64,000 bases of DNA. It comes from an uncultured delta proteobacterium. GTDB lineage: Bacteria > Myxococcota_A > Polyangia > Fen-1088. Both the position numbers and the translations under genes were made by a program. The stretch lies in NCBI GenBank assembly GCA_963755125.1, contig CAVWIP010000011.1, positions 128,001 through 192,000 of the forward strand. Direction: 5' to 3'. A model generated the notes under the pieces. It saw only the letters and a program-made list of their open reading frames with translations, was not told where the DNA came from and did no database searches. Of the stretch, positions 36,702-46,136 are shown piece after piece; positions within the stretch are counted from its first letter, which is position 1, and each line of letters begins with the position of its first letter.

Positions 36702-37805
36702 GTGAGATTCGCACACCTTGGCCTGCTGCTTGTCGCCCTGTTCGTACTCGGATGCCGGGGTCGGGGCAGCCATGCCGCGCTATCGGCGGGGGCGGCGGTG
36801 CATGCCGGCGGACCAAGAATTGCGTTCGAGACGACGTTGCACGACTTTGGCACCGTGAGCGAGGGCGACAAACTCAGACACGTCTTCGCGTTCAAGAACA
36901 CCGGCAAGGCGCCGCTGCTCATCAGCAGCGCCCGTGCATCGTGCGGGTGTACCGTGGCCGCGCTGAAGGTCAAATCGATTGCACCGGGCGGTACCGGCGA
37001 GATCGACGCCACCTTCGACACCCACGGCAGGGTCGGGTCAAGCCGGACCACGATCGCGGTCGAGTCGAACGCCACGGATCAGGCCCACGCCACGCTCACG
37101 CTCACGGCCAACGTGGAACGACTGCTTGCCCTTGAGTCGGGCTACCTGCGGGTGGCGACTGAGTATGGTGTTCCGCGGGTGGAGAAGGTGTGGCTGACCG
37201 GCAAGCTGCTGGATGAGGCGACCCCAAAGGTTCTCAAGCTGGAAAGCCTAAGGCGCGCCGATACGCCTGCAGACCGAGACAAGGATCCTATTCTCCGTGA
37301 GTTGAACGTGTGCCCCATCGAGGAGCAGGCGGGCGGCACTCTCAAGAAGGGGCTGGAACTCAAGCTGACGGGCGACAGGGTCGCCTCCGGATCTGGCAAA
37401 GTGACCGTCGCGACTGGCTTGCCGAGACCGGCGCTTCTGGAGTTGCAGCTGACCTGGGCCGTGGCGAGCACGCTTCACGTCGAGCCGGACAGCCCCAGCT
37501 TCGCTGTGGGACAGCCCGAGGGTCGCGAACGCATCCTGCGGGTCTGGAGCAAGAAACCGAATTTCAGGCTATTGCGGGTTCGCGTGCTGGATGGCCCATT
37601 TGCAGCCGCGCTCGAAAGGCCAGAGTCACCCACAATATTCAAGGTCAAGGTGACGTGGAACGGTCCCCTCCGCGGGGAGCACGCTGAACCGGACATCGGC
37701 AAGCTGCAGCTCATCAGCAACGACCCAGCCGAGCCGAACAAGGTGGTGGACCTGAAGATCACCAACGCGCCGGGGCGACCGCCGCTTCCACGCACGCCCC
37801 TGTGA
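36702..37805 (+). CDS. DUF1573 Ig-like domain lipoprotein
   Basis: GTG start, lipobox VLGC, HDFG.V.EG....H.F.FKNTG..PL.I.....SCGCT. Confidence 0.8.
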   Translation: MRFAHLGLLLVALFVLGCRGRGSHAALSAGAAVHAGGPRIAFETTLHDFGTVSEGDKLRHVFAFKNTGKAPLLISSARASCGCTVAALKVKSIAPGGTGEIDATFDTHGRVGSSRTTIAVESNATDQAHATLTLTANVERLLALESGYLRVATEYGVPRVEKVWLTGKLLDEATPKVLKLESLRRADTPADRDKDPILRELNVCPIEEQAGGTLKKGLELKLTGDRVASGSGKVTVATGLPRPALLELQLTWAVASTLHVEPDSPSFAVGQPEGRERILRVWSKKPNFRLLRVRVLDGPFAAALERPESPTIFKVKVTWNGPLRGEHAEPDIGKLQLISNDPAEPNKVVDLKITNAPGRPPLPRTPL

Positions 37806-38065
37806 CGGTCCAGTGTGAAAGCCCTCACGTCGGTGCAAAACACGTGCTTTCGGGGGCGTTGTTGCAGATGCGATGCGTCCATGGCGTGGCCGCGAAAACG
37901 CGTACCATCACGGACGCAGCTTCGACGCTCGGCCGTTGACGGAAGCCCCCTATGACATTCAGCATGCCGCAGTCGTGTGCGGAAAACTCGGGAGTGTCCC
38001 GTATCCGGCTGTGGTATCTTTCCCCGAGGCTCTCTCTTTCATCCATGCAAGGTCGCGTATCTGTC

Positions 38066-39232
38066 ATGAAATCCCATCGAATGTTCCTGGTTGGCATCCC
38101 CGCACTCTCGCTCTGGCTGGCCTGCACTGGCGCCGCAGTGCAGTCAACGTCCGGAAGTGGCGCTTCTCAGAGCGCCGGTTCCCAGAGCGGTGGAGCCGGA
38201 AACACGGGCGGCGGCGGTGGCGGCGGAAGCGGCATCATCACCTTCGGCCCTGATGGCTCGGCCATGGGCAGCGGTGCTGACTCGGGCAGCGGGGAACCGC
38301 TTCCCGATCTCAAAGGGTATCAATGTGATGATGCCGGTACTTGCACTCTCTGCCAGCCGGTGCGCATTCTGTCGCTGGGGCAGCCAGCAAAGTATGGCGC
38401 AAACAGCGGCAGCACCGACAACACGGATGCGTTTCAGGCCTTCATGAACAGCAACACCAACGGCACCGCAACCATGCAGATGCTGGAGACATTCACCCCG
38501 ATAACCAGTCTGGACCTCAGTCAGTACGACGTCATTATTTTACAAGCCCTTTACACCAACCCATATGACACCACCAATGGACTGTGGACCTACACCGCTG
38601 CCGACGCTACGGCCCTGCACGATTGGGTGAACAACCAAGGCGGCGCGATCATCGCGATGTCCGGCTATTTCAGTGATAACACGGTCGAGATTCAGCCACT
38701 CAATCAGTTGCTCGCTCCCTTCGGCATCACCTACGATGGGGACAATACTTACACCACCAACGACTGTCCCAGCACGCCGAACTGGGGACCGCTCTGCTAT
38801 TGCGCCTATGGCTCGATTCCATTCGACAACTGGACCAGTCTGGTTCCCGACATCACAAAGAATCTGGGGAAGGTTGGCATTTTCATGGGACGGTCGATTA
38901 CCTGCCCGGGTTCGGACTGCCAGATCGTGGGGACGAACAACGTCGATACCACGGCTCAGTCCAACATTGCCGGTGTGGCGAAAGCGGTTGGGAAGGGCAG
39001 AGTCTTCGCCTGGGGCGACGAGTGGGTGACCTACACCAGTCAATGGGGTTTGACGCCCGATCCCCAGTATGACAATGCCACCACCTACGCTCAATGTGTT
39101 GGCTACACCCCGCACACTTCCTACGCCGTGCCTCAGTTCTGGTACAACGTCTTCAGGTGGGTGGCCCAGACTACTTGTCTTACCATCGTGTTGCCGCCAA
39201 CCGCTGGCTCTGTACAGCAAATCGTTTACTAG
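38066..39232 (+). CDS. Lipoprotein with Gly/Ser tether and class I glutamine-amidotransferase-like (DUF4350/ThuA-like) domain
   Basis: Lipobox WLAC, LSQYDVIIL, WV...GG.II, N.LL.PFGI, GKGRVFAWGDEW. Confidence 0.7.
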   Translation: MKSHRMFLVGIPALSLWLACTGAAVQSTSGSGASQSAGSQSGGAGNTGGGGGGGSGIITFGPDGSAMGSGADSGSGEPLPDLKGYQCDDAGTCTLCQPVRILSLGQPAKYGANSGSTDNTDAFQAFMNSNTNGTATMQMLETFTPITSLDLSQYDVIILQALYTNPYDTTNGLWTYTAADATALHDWVNNQGGAIIAMSGYFSDNTVEIQPLNQLLAPFGITYDGDNTYTTNDCPSTPNWGPLCYCAYGSIPFDNWTSLVPDITKNLGKVGIFMGRSITCPGSDCQIVGTNNVDTTAQSNIAGVAKAVGKGRVFAWGDEWVTYTSQWGLTPDPQYDNATTYAQCVGYTPHTSYAVPQFWYNVFRWVAQTTCLTIVLPPTAGSVQQIVY

Positions 39233-39276
39233 GGCCGGCTTTGGAGGGAGTGGCGGGCGGGTGCAAGCAGTGAATA

Positions 39277-41130
39277 TCAGAAAATCGGTGCGCAGGTCGA
39301 GACACCCGCGCCGACGATGTTGCGGCCGGTGTCGGCGATGACGGTGGCGATGGTCTGGGGCGTGTCGCGCGGCACTTGATACACCGACGAGTCGAGGAAT
39401 ATCCAGAACGATCCGCCCCAGAACTTCACGGCGAAAGACCGGTACGAAGTCGAGTTGAGCGACGGGTAAGAGTGGCTCTCCAGGGTCGCGCCGCTGGAGG
39501 GATCAAGCCGCACCAGGACCGTCTGGTCGTCCGGGGTCAGCAAGTTCGGGATGAAGCCCCACAGGCTGCCGTCGCCCGTTCCGGTCAGCTCCGCGTTGCC
39601 GGCGGTAATCATCCCAATCGGCGTCACCGCCAGCGAAGGAAACGACACTGTGGCCAGCTCCGACTGCGTATTAGTCGTGTTGTATCCACCGGCGATGTAC
39701 AGAGTGTCGGCGTTGGTCGACGGATCGAACACGAAACCCATGCCAAAGCCAGATCCGAACGGGCCGTGCGGATCCACTTTGAAGCTCGTCGCCTGGCATT
39801 GTCCCGTTCCGGTATCCACCTTGAAAAACTCGCTGTCTGAATAGACCACCCAGGCGACCGCGTTCTGATCGACCGCCATCGAGAACGGGTGAGAATAGCT
39901 TCGACAGTCGAGCACAGCGATGTCGGTGAAGGTCAAGGTCGCGGGATCGAAGCGCGAGAACATGCCAGTGGTCCCGTCCACGGTGTAGATCCACTGGCTG
40001 GCCTCGGTGCAGGCCGTGCTGATCGTGGCTGTCAGCGGGATCGTCGCGTTCGGTGCGTGAACATCGCCAGTTTGCAGGACCAGCGTTCCGGTCCGAACGT
40101 GTGGTGGAGCGCTGTCGAACGCGCCGAAGCTGACGGAGATGGCCTGATTGGCGCCCGGCGCGACGGTGAACGCGAGCGCCTGCGTCGGGTCAAGCGTGAA
40201 GCCTGGATCGGTGCCGAGGCCGAATCCGACGCCCGAAACCTGGCAGGCGTCGGTGCCTTGGTTGACCAACGTGACGGCCCGGCTGGTGGTGGTGTTGAGA
40301 ATGACGTTACCGAAGTCCAGGCTGGCAGGCGCGATGCTCAGCACGCAGCCGATGTCGATGTCGGCCGAGAGCGGGATGCTCACCGTCGCTTGCGTCGCAT
40401 CGGTGCTCGCGAACACCAGATGCCCAGTCCTGTGGTGCGGAGCCGTTGCATCGGTTGCGTTGAAGGCCACGGCGATCGATTGTTCATCGCCGGGCGAAAG
40501 CGTGAAGCTGGAGACCTGTCCCGGGCCGAGCGCGAACTGCGGGTCACTGCCCTGGCCAATGGCGACATCTGCAATGTCGCAGGGACCGCTGCCGGTGTCC
40601 GTGACCAGGACCGGGCCGGCGGCGCTGCTGCCGATGGGGACTTGCCCAAAGTCGACGGCCAGCGGTGAAACCGCGATCGTGCAGTTGGTGTGGATGGCGC
40701 CGGAAAGTGGCACCTCCACGCGCGGCTGGAACGGATCGCTGGTTTGCAGAACCAGGGTTCCCATGCGCTGGAGCGGCACCGCCGCGCTTGCTGGGCTGAA
40801 GCTCACCGCCACCGTCGTGTGCTCGCCCGGACTCAGAACCAGCGCGGCCGACATCGGCGGCCCGAGAGAAAAGCTTGGATCGGAACTGGGGTCCAGCGTG
40901 CCGCTGGAGATCTGGCAGGCATCGTTGCCGCGGTCGGAAATGCTGACGGTCATTGTCACCAGGGCACCCGGCGCGACTTGCCCGAAGTCGAGTGTCGCAG
41001 GAGTGACGTCGACCGAGCACATCGGCAAGAGCGGGGTCCGACCGCACGCCATCCATAGGAGCAGGGTGAACCCGAGAAGCATTCGCCCACTCAGGGACTT
41101 CGCCGTCGCTGCTGCCTTGCTATTGCGCAT
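39277..41130 (-). CDS. Lipoprotein with three choice-of-anchor-D/ASH Ig-like repeats and a C-terminal beta-propeller
   Basis: AAGGAG RBS, lipobox WMAC, three repeats of C.....P..(L/V)DFG.V, and C-terminal PFSMAVD...IVGAGVSTCAP. Confidence 0.8.
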   Translation of the reverse strand: MRNSKAAATAKSLSGRMLLGFTLLLWMACGRTPLLPMCSVDVTPATLDFGQVAPGALVTMTVSISDRGNDACQISSGTLDPSSDPSFSLGPPMSAALVLSPGEHTTVAVSFSPASAAVPLQRMGTLVLQTSDPFQPRVEVPLSGAIHTNCTIAVSPLAVDFGQVPIGSSAAGPVLVTDTGSGPCDIADVAIGQGSDPQFALGPGQVSSFTLSPGDEQSIAVAFNATDATAPHHRTGHLVFASTDATQATVSIPLSADIDIGCVLSIAPASLDFGNVILNTTTSRAVTLVNQGTDACQVSGVGFGLGTDPGFTLDPTQALAFTVAPGANQAISVSFGAFDSAPPHVRTGTLVLQTGDVHAPNATIPLTATISTACTEASQWIYTVDGTTGMFSRFDPATLTFTDIAVLDCRSYSHPFSMAVDQNAVAWVVYSDSEFFKVDTGTGQCQATSFKVDPHGPFGSGFGMGFVFDPSTNADTLYIAGGYNTTNTQSELATVSFPSLAVTPIGMITAGNAELTGTGDGSLWGFIPNLLTPDDQTVLVRLDPSSGATLESHSYPSLNSTSYRSFAVKFWGGSFWIFLDSSVYQVPRDTPQTIATVIADTGRNIVGAGVSTCAPIF

Positions 41131-41596
41131 GGATCTTCTCCTTGCACTGCTCGTCAGACCACCAAGTCCAACAACCCTCCGGCCGCAGGCTGCGACACCC
41201 GCCAGCCGGCCAGATCGGATCCACGAGGCGGAGCCGACCGCCAGCAGAGTGTCCCGAGAGGAAGGTTCCGAGCATGCGGCCCAGTCTACCGCGTCTGCCG
41301 TGACTGCCATGGCTGTTCTTTGAGAAGTCCGTTGATCGCGCGGCCCTCCGGTACACAGCAGGGAGACCGCCGAGCCAAAAGAATAGGGTTCAGCCTGTAG
41401 GCTACCTGGAGTCGATCTCGCAAAGGCGCGGGCTATGCCGAGACTCGGCACAAGCCGCCGAATTGCGCGTTTCCACCCGACTTTCGCCGGGATACCTGGG
41501 TAGCCAGCAAACATGTCGTGGAATTTTGGGGTAGGTCGAGTCCCATCAACGTCGACGTGTTATCCTGGACGGCATCAACACAACCTGGAGGCTAAA

Positions 41597-41977
41597 ATGA
41601 GAATGTTGCGACTTCTGACTTGTCTGCTGTTCGGAGCAGTCATGGCTGCGGGCTGCGGCAGCTCCCCGTCTAACGACAACACCGCGCCCATCACTGACAA
41701 TCCCTACGACACTTGCTACTCGGGGGACAGCTGCGCGGGCGGCTTGACCTGCATTGGCACCAACCTTCCCGCTTCTTCGGGCTACACAGGATACTTCTGC
41801 ACATCAGTTTGCAGTTTCGACACCGACTGTCTCCAGATTCCGACGAACTACACGGCCAGCTGTGTCAACGGGCTATGCTACCTAACCTGCCCTGCTGGCA
41901 GTTCCACATGTCCCTACGACCAAAGCTGCTTCACCTTCGACAGCAACCTCGGTTCCATCGACCTCTGTACGCCGTAG
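41597..41977 (+). CDS. Small cysteine-rich lipoprotein
   Basis: GGAGG RBS, lipobox AAGC, 12 further Cys in about 105 residues. Confidence 0.8.
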   Translation: MRMLRLLTCLLFGAVMAAGCGSSPSNDNTAPITDNPYDTCYSGDSCAGGLTCIGTNLPASSGYTGYFCTSVCSFDTDCLQIPTNYTASCVNGLCYLTCPAGSSTCPYDQSCFTFDSNLGSIDLCTP

Positions 41978-42378
41978 GGGGATCGGCCGCCAACAAAAAC
42001 CTCAGTGAGATTCAGCGTGCCGCAGTTGCAGACCGAAGCACCGGGAATGTCCGCGCATGCAGAATGGGTCGCAGGCAAGAGGTGTGGCCGCTGGTTGGTG
42101 AGCAAGCTAAGCGAATCAGTCACCGCTGATTTTTCATAGCGTGGTAGGAAACGCAGGGCACGACTTCCACGTCTGCCAGTTGCTTGAGGGCTTCGTCTTT
42201 GGTCACGCGCGCATTTTGGCCCACCGGCGCGTGCAGATCCAGACACCGGGTTGGCCGCCGCATCCAGGCGCCATGTGACGACTAAAGTCCCTTGCCAGCT
42301 CTGCCGACAACAATCCCGGTCGTTTGCTGACTCGCGTGCGCCGACATGTACACCATCGAGGGGTGTAAAGGAGGATCC

Positions 42379-42906
42379 GTGAACCCATCTCAGAGGGAAG
42401 TACCCAGGCCCGTGCCGGCAGCGACGCGCCGTCGGTCGACCCGAGCCAGATGGGTGCTCGCGACTTCGATTGTTCTGGCGTTGCTGGCTGTGCTAGGCGG
42501 AGGCCTGCGTGCGGAAGCGCCGCCGGTTCTGGCGGTGATCGTACACCCGGGCGTGCCGGCCACCACCCTGGGCGCGGCGGAGCTGGCGTCGATCTTCACG
42601 CGGGCGACCCGGAGCTGGAAGGACGGCAGCCCGATACGGCCGCTCAACCTGCCGCCCGGCACTCCCGAGCGCGCCGAGTTCGACCGGGTCGTGCTCAACA
42701 TGAGCCCGGATCGCAGCGCCCAGTACTGGATCGATCGCCAGGTGCGCGGCGACGAGCCCGCGCCCAAGGCGATTGCCAAGGCGGACATCGTGGTGCGGCT
42801 CATCCCCACGCTGACCGGATCGATCGGCTACGTTCCCGCGGACAAGGTGGACGCCAAGTCGCGCGTGGTCGCGCGCATTCGCGACGGGAAAGTGGTGGCG
42901 CCGTGA
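42379..42906 (+). CDS. Small periplasmic binding-protein-like protein (short 'phosphate ABC substrate-binding' family)
   Basis: AAGGAGG RBS and GTG, signal peptide, VIVHP......L...EL..IF....W.DG, YW.....G...P, IGYV. Confidence 0.8.
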   Translation: MNPSQREVPRPVPAATRRRSTRARWVLATSIVLALLAVLGGGLRAEAPPVLAVIVHPGVPATTLGAAELASIFTRATRSWKDGSPIRPLNLPPGTPERAEFDRVVLNMSPDRSAQYWIDRQVRGDEPAPKAIAKADIVVRLIPTLTGSIGYVPADKVDAKSRVVARIRDGKVVAP

Positions 42907-44303
42907 GGCTGGCCTGCGTCGCCGCGTGGGCTTCCACATTTCTGCTGCTTGCCGTCGTGCCGGCGGGCGCGCAAGACACCACCGCCGGAGCCACGCCGGC
43001 CGAGGCCGCGCCCACCATCGAATCGCTGCGCGCCGAGATCCGGGAGGCTGACGCGAGACAGGCCCAGGAGATCCAGCGGCTCAAGGACGAGATCGCTCAG
43101 CGCGAGGTAGAGGCCTCGGTCGCCCACGAGCGCGAGGCGGCCGAGCACGAACGGCTGCTGCGCGTGTACGGCTTCGCCGACTTCGGCATCATGCGCACCA
43201 TTGCGCCCAAGGACGCAATGGTGGCCAGCGAGTTCACCACGCCGCTGACCTTCTACCTCGGCCGGTTGAACCTGTACTACGACGCGCGCCCGGACCCGGA
43301 TTTCCGTTTCCTGGCCGAGACGCGCCTGACCCTGTATCCCAATGGCACCAGCGCCGGCGTCAGTTCCACCGGACAGGTGATCCAGACCTCGACTGCGGTG
43401 GGCGATATCTCCAGTCCCAATGCCTCGGCCACCGTCACCTGGGGCAGCATCATCCTCGAGCGTGCCGTGCTCGACTGGACCCGTTACCCGCTGTTCTCGG
43501 TGCGCGCCGGTCTGTTCCTCACACCCTTCGGCATCTACAACGTCGACCATGGCTCGCCGACCTTGATCAGCATGACCCTGCCCAGCTACCTCAGCCAGAA
43601 CTGGATCCCGGCGCGGCAACTGGGCGTGCAGATCTTCGGCAGCTATCCCATCGCCCCCTGGGAACTGGGCTACGCCCTCACCGTGAGCAACGGCGCCAGC
43701 GACGGGATCCTGGACTTGGGCGACTCCAAGGCCTATGGCGGCCGCCTCTTCATCCGGCGCCAGGGTGAATTGTCGCTGACCCTGGGCGGCTCGCTGCTGT
43801 ACCAGCCCTATCGTCAGGACAAGGATCAGTTCGGCATGGCGGCCGACGGCAGCCTCACCTACACAGTCACGCGCGTGGTCGAGCGAACCGGGCTGACCCT
43901 GGGCGGCGACCTGTCCGTCGATTTCCGGGGCTTCCGCCTGCGCAGTGAGCTCGTGATGTATCAGGTGAACTACACGGCCGGCAAGCGCGCCCTGGCCGCC
44001 CAAGACATCAACGGTGGCTACGAGCCCGACATGCGCAACGTGAACTGGTACGTGGTGGCGGCCTACCGCGTGTGGAGGCTGGAGCCGTATCTGTTGTCGG
44101 ATCTGACCAAGGTTTCACCGGTGCAGGCCACGCTGGACACCGCCTGGGGCCTGGGCGGCGGGTTGAACGTCTATCTGCGCTCCAACGTCATCGTCAAGCT
44201 CAACTGGGCCCACGCCATGTTCTTCAAACAGAACGATCCGAACGACACCGCTTCCAGGCAGAACTTCGACACCTTCGTCGGAATGCTGGTCTGGGCGTTC
44301 TAA
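42903..44303 (+). CDS. Outer-membrane beta-barrel (porin-like) with N-terminal coiled coil, copy 1
   Basis: GTG overlaps the upstream stop. Signal peptide, YGFADF, R.G.FLTPFG..N..H, KAYGGRL, C-terminal Phe (MLVWAF). Confidence 0.82.
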   Translation: MRLACVAAWASTFLLLAVVPAGAQDTTAGATPAEAAPTIESLRAEIREADARQAQEIQRLKDEIAQREVEASVAHEREAAEHERLLRVYGFADFGIMRTIAPKDAMVASEFTTPLTFYLGRLNLYYDARPDPDFRFLAETRLTLYPNGTSAGVSSTGQVIQTSTAVGDISSPNASATVTWGSIILERAVLDWTRYPLFSVRAGLFLTPFGIYNVDHGSPTLISMTLPSYLSQNWIPARQLGVQIFGSYPIAPWELGYALTVSNGASDGILDLGDSKAYGGRLFIRRQGELSLTLGGSLLYQPYRQDKDQFGMAADGSLTYTVTRVVERTGLTLGGDLSVDFRGFRLRSELVMYQVNYTAGKRALAAQDINGGYEPDMRNVNWYVVAAYRVWRLEPYLLSDLTKVSPVQATLDTAWGLGGGLNVYLRSNVIVKLNWAHAMFFKQNDPNDTASRQNFDTFVGMLVWAF

Positions 44304-44317
44304 TCAGGGAGATCACC

Positions 44318-44707
44318 ATGCGTATTTCACAGTCATGGATGCCGGGCCTGCTCGCCACAGTCGCCGCGTTTTCGCTTGCCGCACTGGTCTCGGCGTGCAG
44401 CGAGGACCACCCGTGCAGCGCCGACGAGGAATTCCGCGGTGGGTACTGCTATCCCACGGATGCCGGCCAGCCGACCGACGCCAGCGCTGGCGGTGCAGAC
44501 GATGGTGGAGGGGGAGGCACATTTGGCCAGACCTGTGCCACAGCGGCCGATTGTGCGGCGCCCGCGAGTTTCTGCGCCCCGAGCCCCCTGCTGTACTGCA
44601 CGGCCTTCGGTTGCGACACGGATCCGACCGTCTGTCCGGCGGGTTGGACCTGCCTGGATCTGACGAACTTCGGCGCTCCAGGCCAGCACATGTGCCTGAA
44701 ACCGTGA
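44318..44707 (+). CDS. Small cysteine-rich lipoprotein between the porin paralogues
   Basis: GGGAG RBS, lipobox VSAC, DAG/DGG linker, 10 further Cys. Confidence 0.8.
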   Translation: MRISQSWMPGLLATVAAFSLAALVSACSEDHPCSADEEFRGGYCYPTDAGQPTDASAGGADDGGGGGTFGQTCATAADCAAPASFCAPSPLLYCTAFGCDTDPTVCPAGWTCLDLTNFGAPGQHMCLKP

Positions 44708-44729
44708 ACCAGGGAAAGACGATCGCGCT

Positions 44730-46136
44730 GTGAAGCCCACTCGCTCTGTTCTCCTGCTGGCGGCCCTGCCGTGGTTTGCAGCCTCGTCAGGCAACGCACA
44801 AGAAGCGCCGGCTGAGGCACCGCCTGCTTTTGCGCCGGCCGAGGCGCCGCCCACCGTGCAATCGTTGCGGGACGAGCTGCACCAGATGGAGGCCCGGCGC
44901 GCTCAGGAGATCGAGGAGCTCAAAGAAGAGCTGGCCGGGCGTGAAGCCGAGGCGGACGTGGCGCAAGAGCGCGAGGCGGCCGAGCACGAACGGCTGCTGC
45001 GCATCTACGGTTTCGCCGACTTTGGCATCATGCGCACCATCGCGCCCAAGGATGGTGCCTATGCCAGCGAGTTCACCACGCCACTGACCTTCTACCTCGG
45101 CCGGCTGAACCTGTACTACGACGCGCATCCGGCCAGCGACTTCCGTTTCCTGGCCGAGACGCGCCTGAGCCTCTATCCCAATGGCACCACCGCTGGCGTC
45201 AGTCCCACCGGGCAGGTGATCCAGACGTCGACCCAGGTCAATGACATCTCCAGCCCCAATGCCTCGGCCAGCGTCACCTGGGGGAGCATCATCCTGGAAC
45301 GCGCCGTGCTCGACTGGACGCGGTACTCGCTGTTTTCGGTACGCGCCGGCCTTTTCCTCACGCCTTTTGGCATTTACAATGTCGATCACGGCTCGCCCAC
45401 GCTGATCGCTGTCACCTTGCCGATCTACATCAGCGAGGGGTGGATCCCGGAACAGCAACTCGGGTTGCAGATATTCGGCAACTATCCCATTGCGCCCTGG
45501 GAGCTGGGCTACTTCGCCACGGTCAGCAATGGCCGTAGCGACGGAATCCTGGATGTCGGCGATTCCAAGGCCTACGGTGGCCGCGTGTTCGCCCGGCGGC
45601 AGGGCGAGCTGTCGCTGACCCTGGGCGGCTCGATTCTGTACCAGCCCTATCGAAAGAACCTGGACCAGTTCGGCCTGGCTGCCGACGGAAGCGTCACCTA
45701 CAGCAGCACGCGCGTGGTGGAGCGTACCATGCTTACGCTGGGAGGCGACCTGGCCGTCGACTACCGCGGCCTGCGTCTGCGCACCGAGGTGGTCACGTAC
45801 CAGACGCGGTACACGCCGGGCAAGCGCCAACCCACCGACGATGTCATGGGCGGCCTGGCACCCGATGAACACGATATCACCTGGTTCATGGTGCTCGCCT
45901 ACCGGTTCTGGCGGCTCGAGCCCTATCTCTTCTCGGAGTTGTTCGTCGACTCCCCGACCCAGAATCTGACCGAGGCCTGGCTCCCGGGGCTGGGCCTCAA
46001 CCTCTACCTGCGGCCGAACATCATAGTGAAGACCTCATGGATCCACCCCATGTTCTGGAAGGACAACGATCCGCAGAACATAGCCTCACAGCAAAATTTC
46101 CACACCTTCACTGCGATGCTGGTCTGGGCGTTTTAG
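44730..46136 (+). CDS. Outer-membrane beta-barrel (porin-like), copy 2
   Basis: Paralogue of 42903-44303 with long identical peptides (EFTTPLTFYLGRLNLYYDA, VTWGSIILERAVLDWTRY). Ends MLVWAF. Confidence 0.82.
   Translation: MKPTRSVLLLAALPWFAASSGNAQEAPAEAPPAFAPAEAPPTVQSLRDELHQMEARRAQEIEELKEELAGREAEADVAQEREAAEHERLLRIYGFADFGIMRTIAPKDGAYASEFTTPLTFYLGRLNLYYDAHPASDFRFLAETRLSLYPNGTTAGVSPTGQVIQTSTQVNDISSPNASASVTWGSIILERAVLDWTRYSLFSVRAGLFLTPFGIYNVDHGSPTLIAVTLPIYISEGWIPEQQLGLQIFGNYPIAPWELGYFATVSNGRSDGILDVGDSKAYGGRVFARRQGELSLTLGGSILYQPYRKNLDQFGLAADGSVTYSSTRVVERTMLTLGGDLAVDYRGLRLRTEVVTYQTRYTPGKRQPTDDVMGGLAPDEHDITWFMVLAYRFWRLEPYLFSELFVDSPTQNLTEAWLPGLGLNLYLRPNIIVKTSWIHPMFWKDNDPQNIASQQNFHTFTAMLVWAF

Noticed and set aside
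41425..41495. Two minus-strand hairpins (CCCGGC-GAAA-GTCGGG and a TGCCGA/TCGGCA stem) resembling a c-di-GMP-I riboswitch upstream of the 41130 gene
   Set aside because: The conserved GCAAA/GACGCAAAG junction and tetraloop receptor are missing. An Rfam scan would be needed to revive it.
42120..42265. Short minus-strand frame (MRRPTRCLDLH...VTKDEALKQLADVEVVPCVSYHAMKNQR)
   Set aside because: No RBS and no family I can recognise, so the evidence is insufficient.
42450..42902. N-terminal extension of porin 1 (617-aa ORF)
   Set aside because: It is an alternative frame of the binding-protein gene. The signal peptide starts at GTG 42903.
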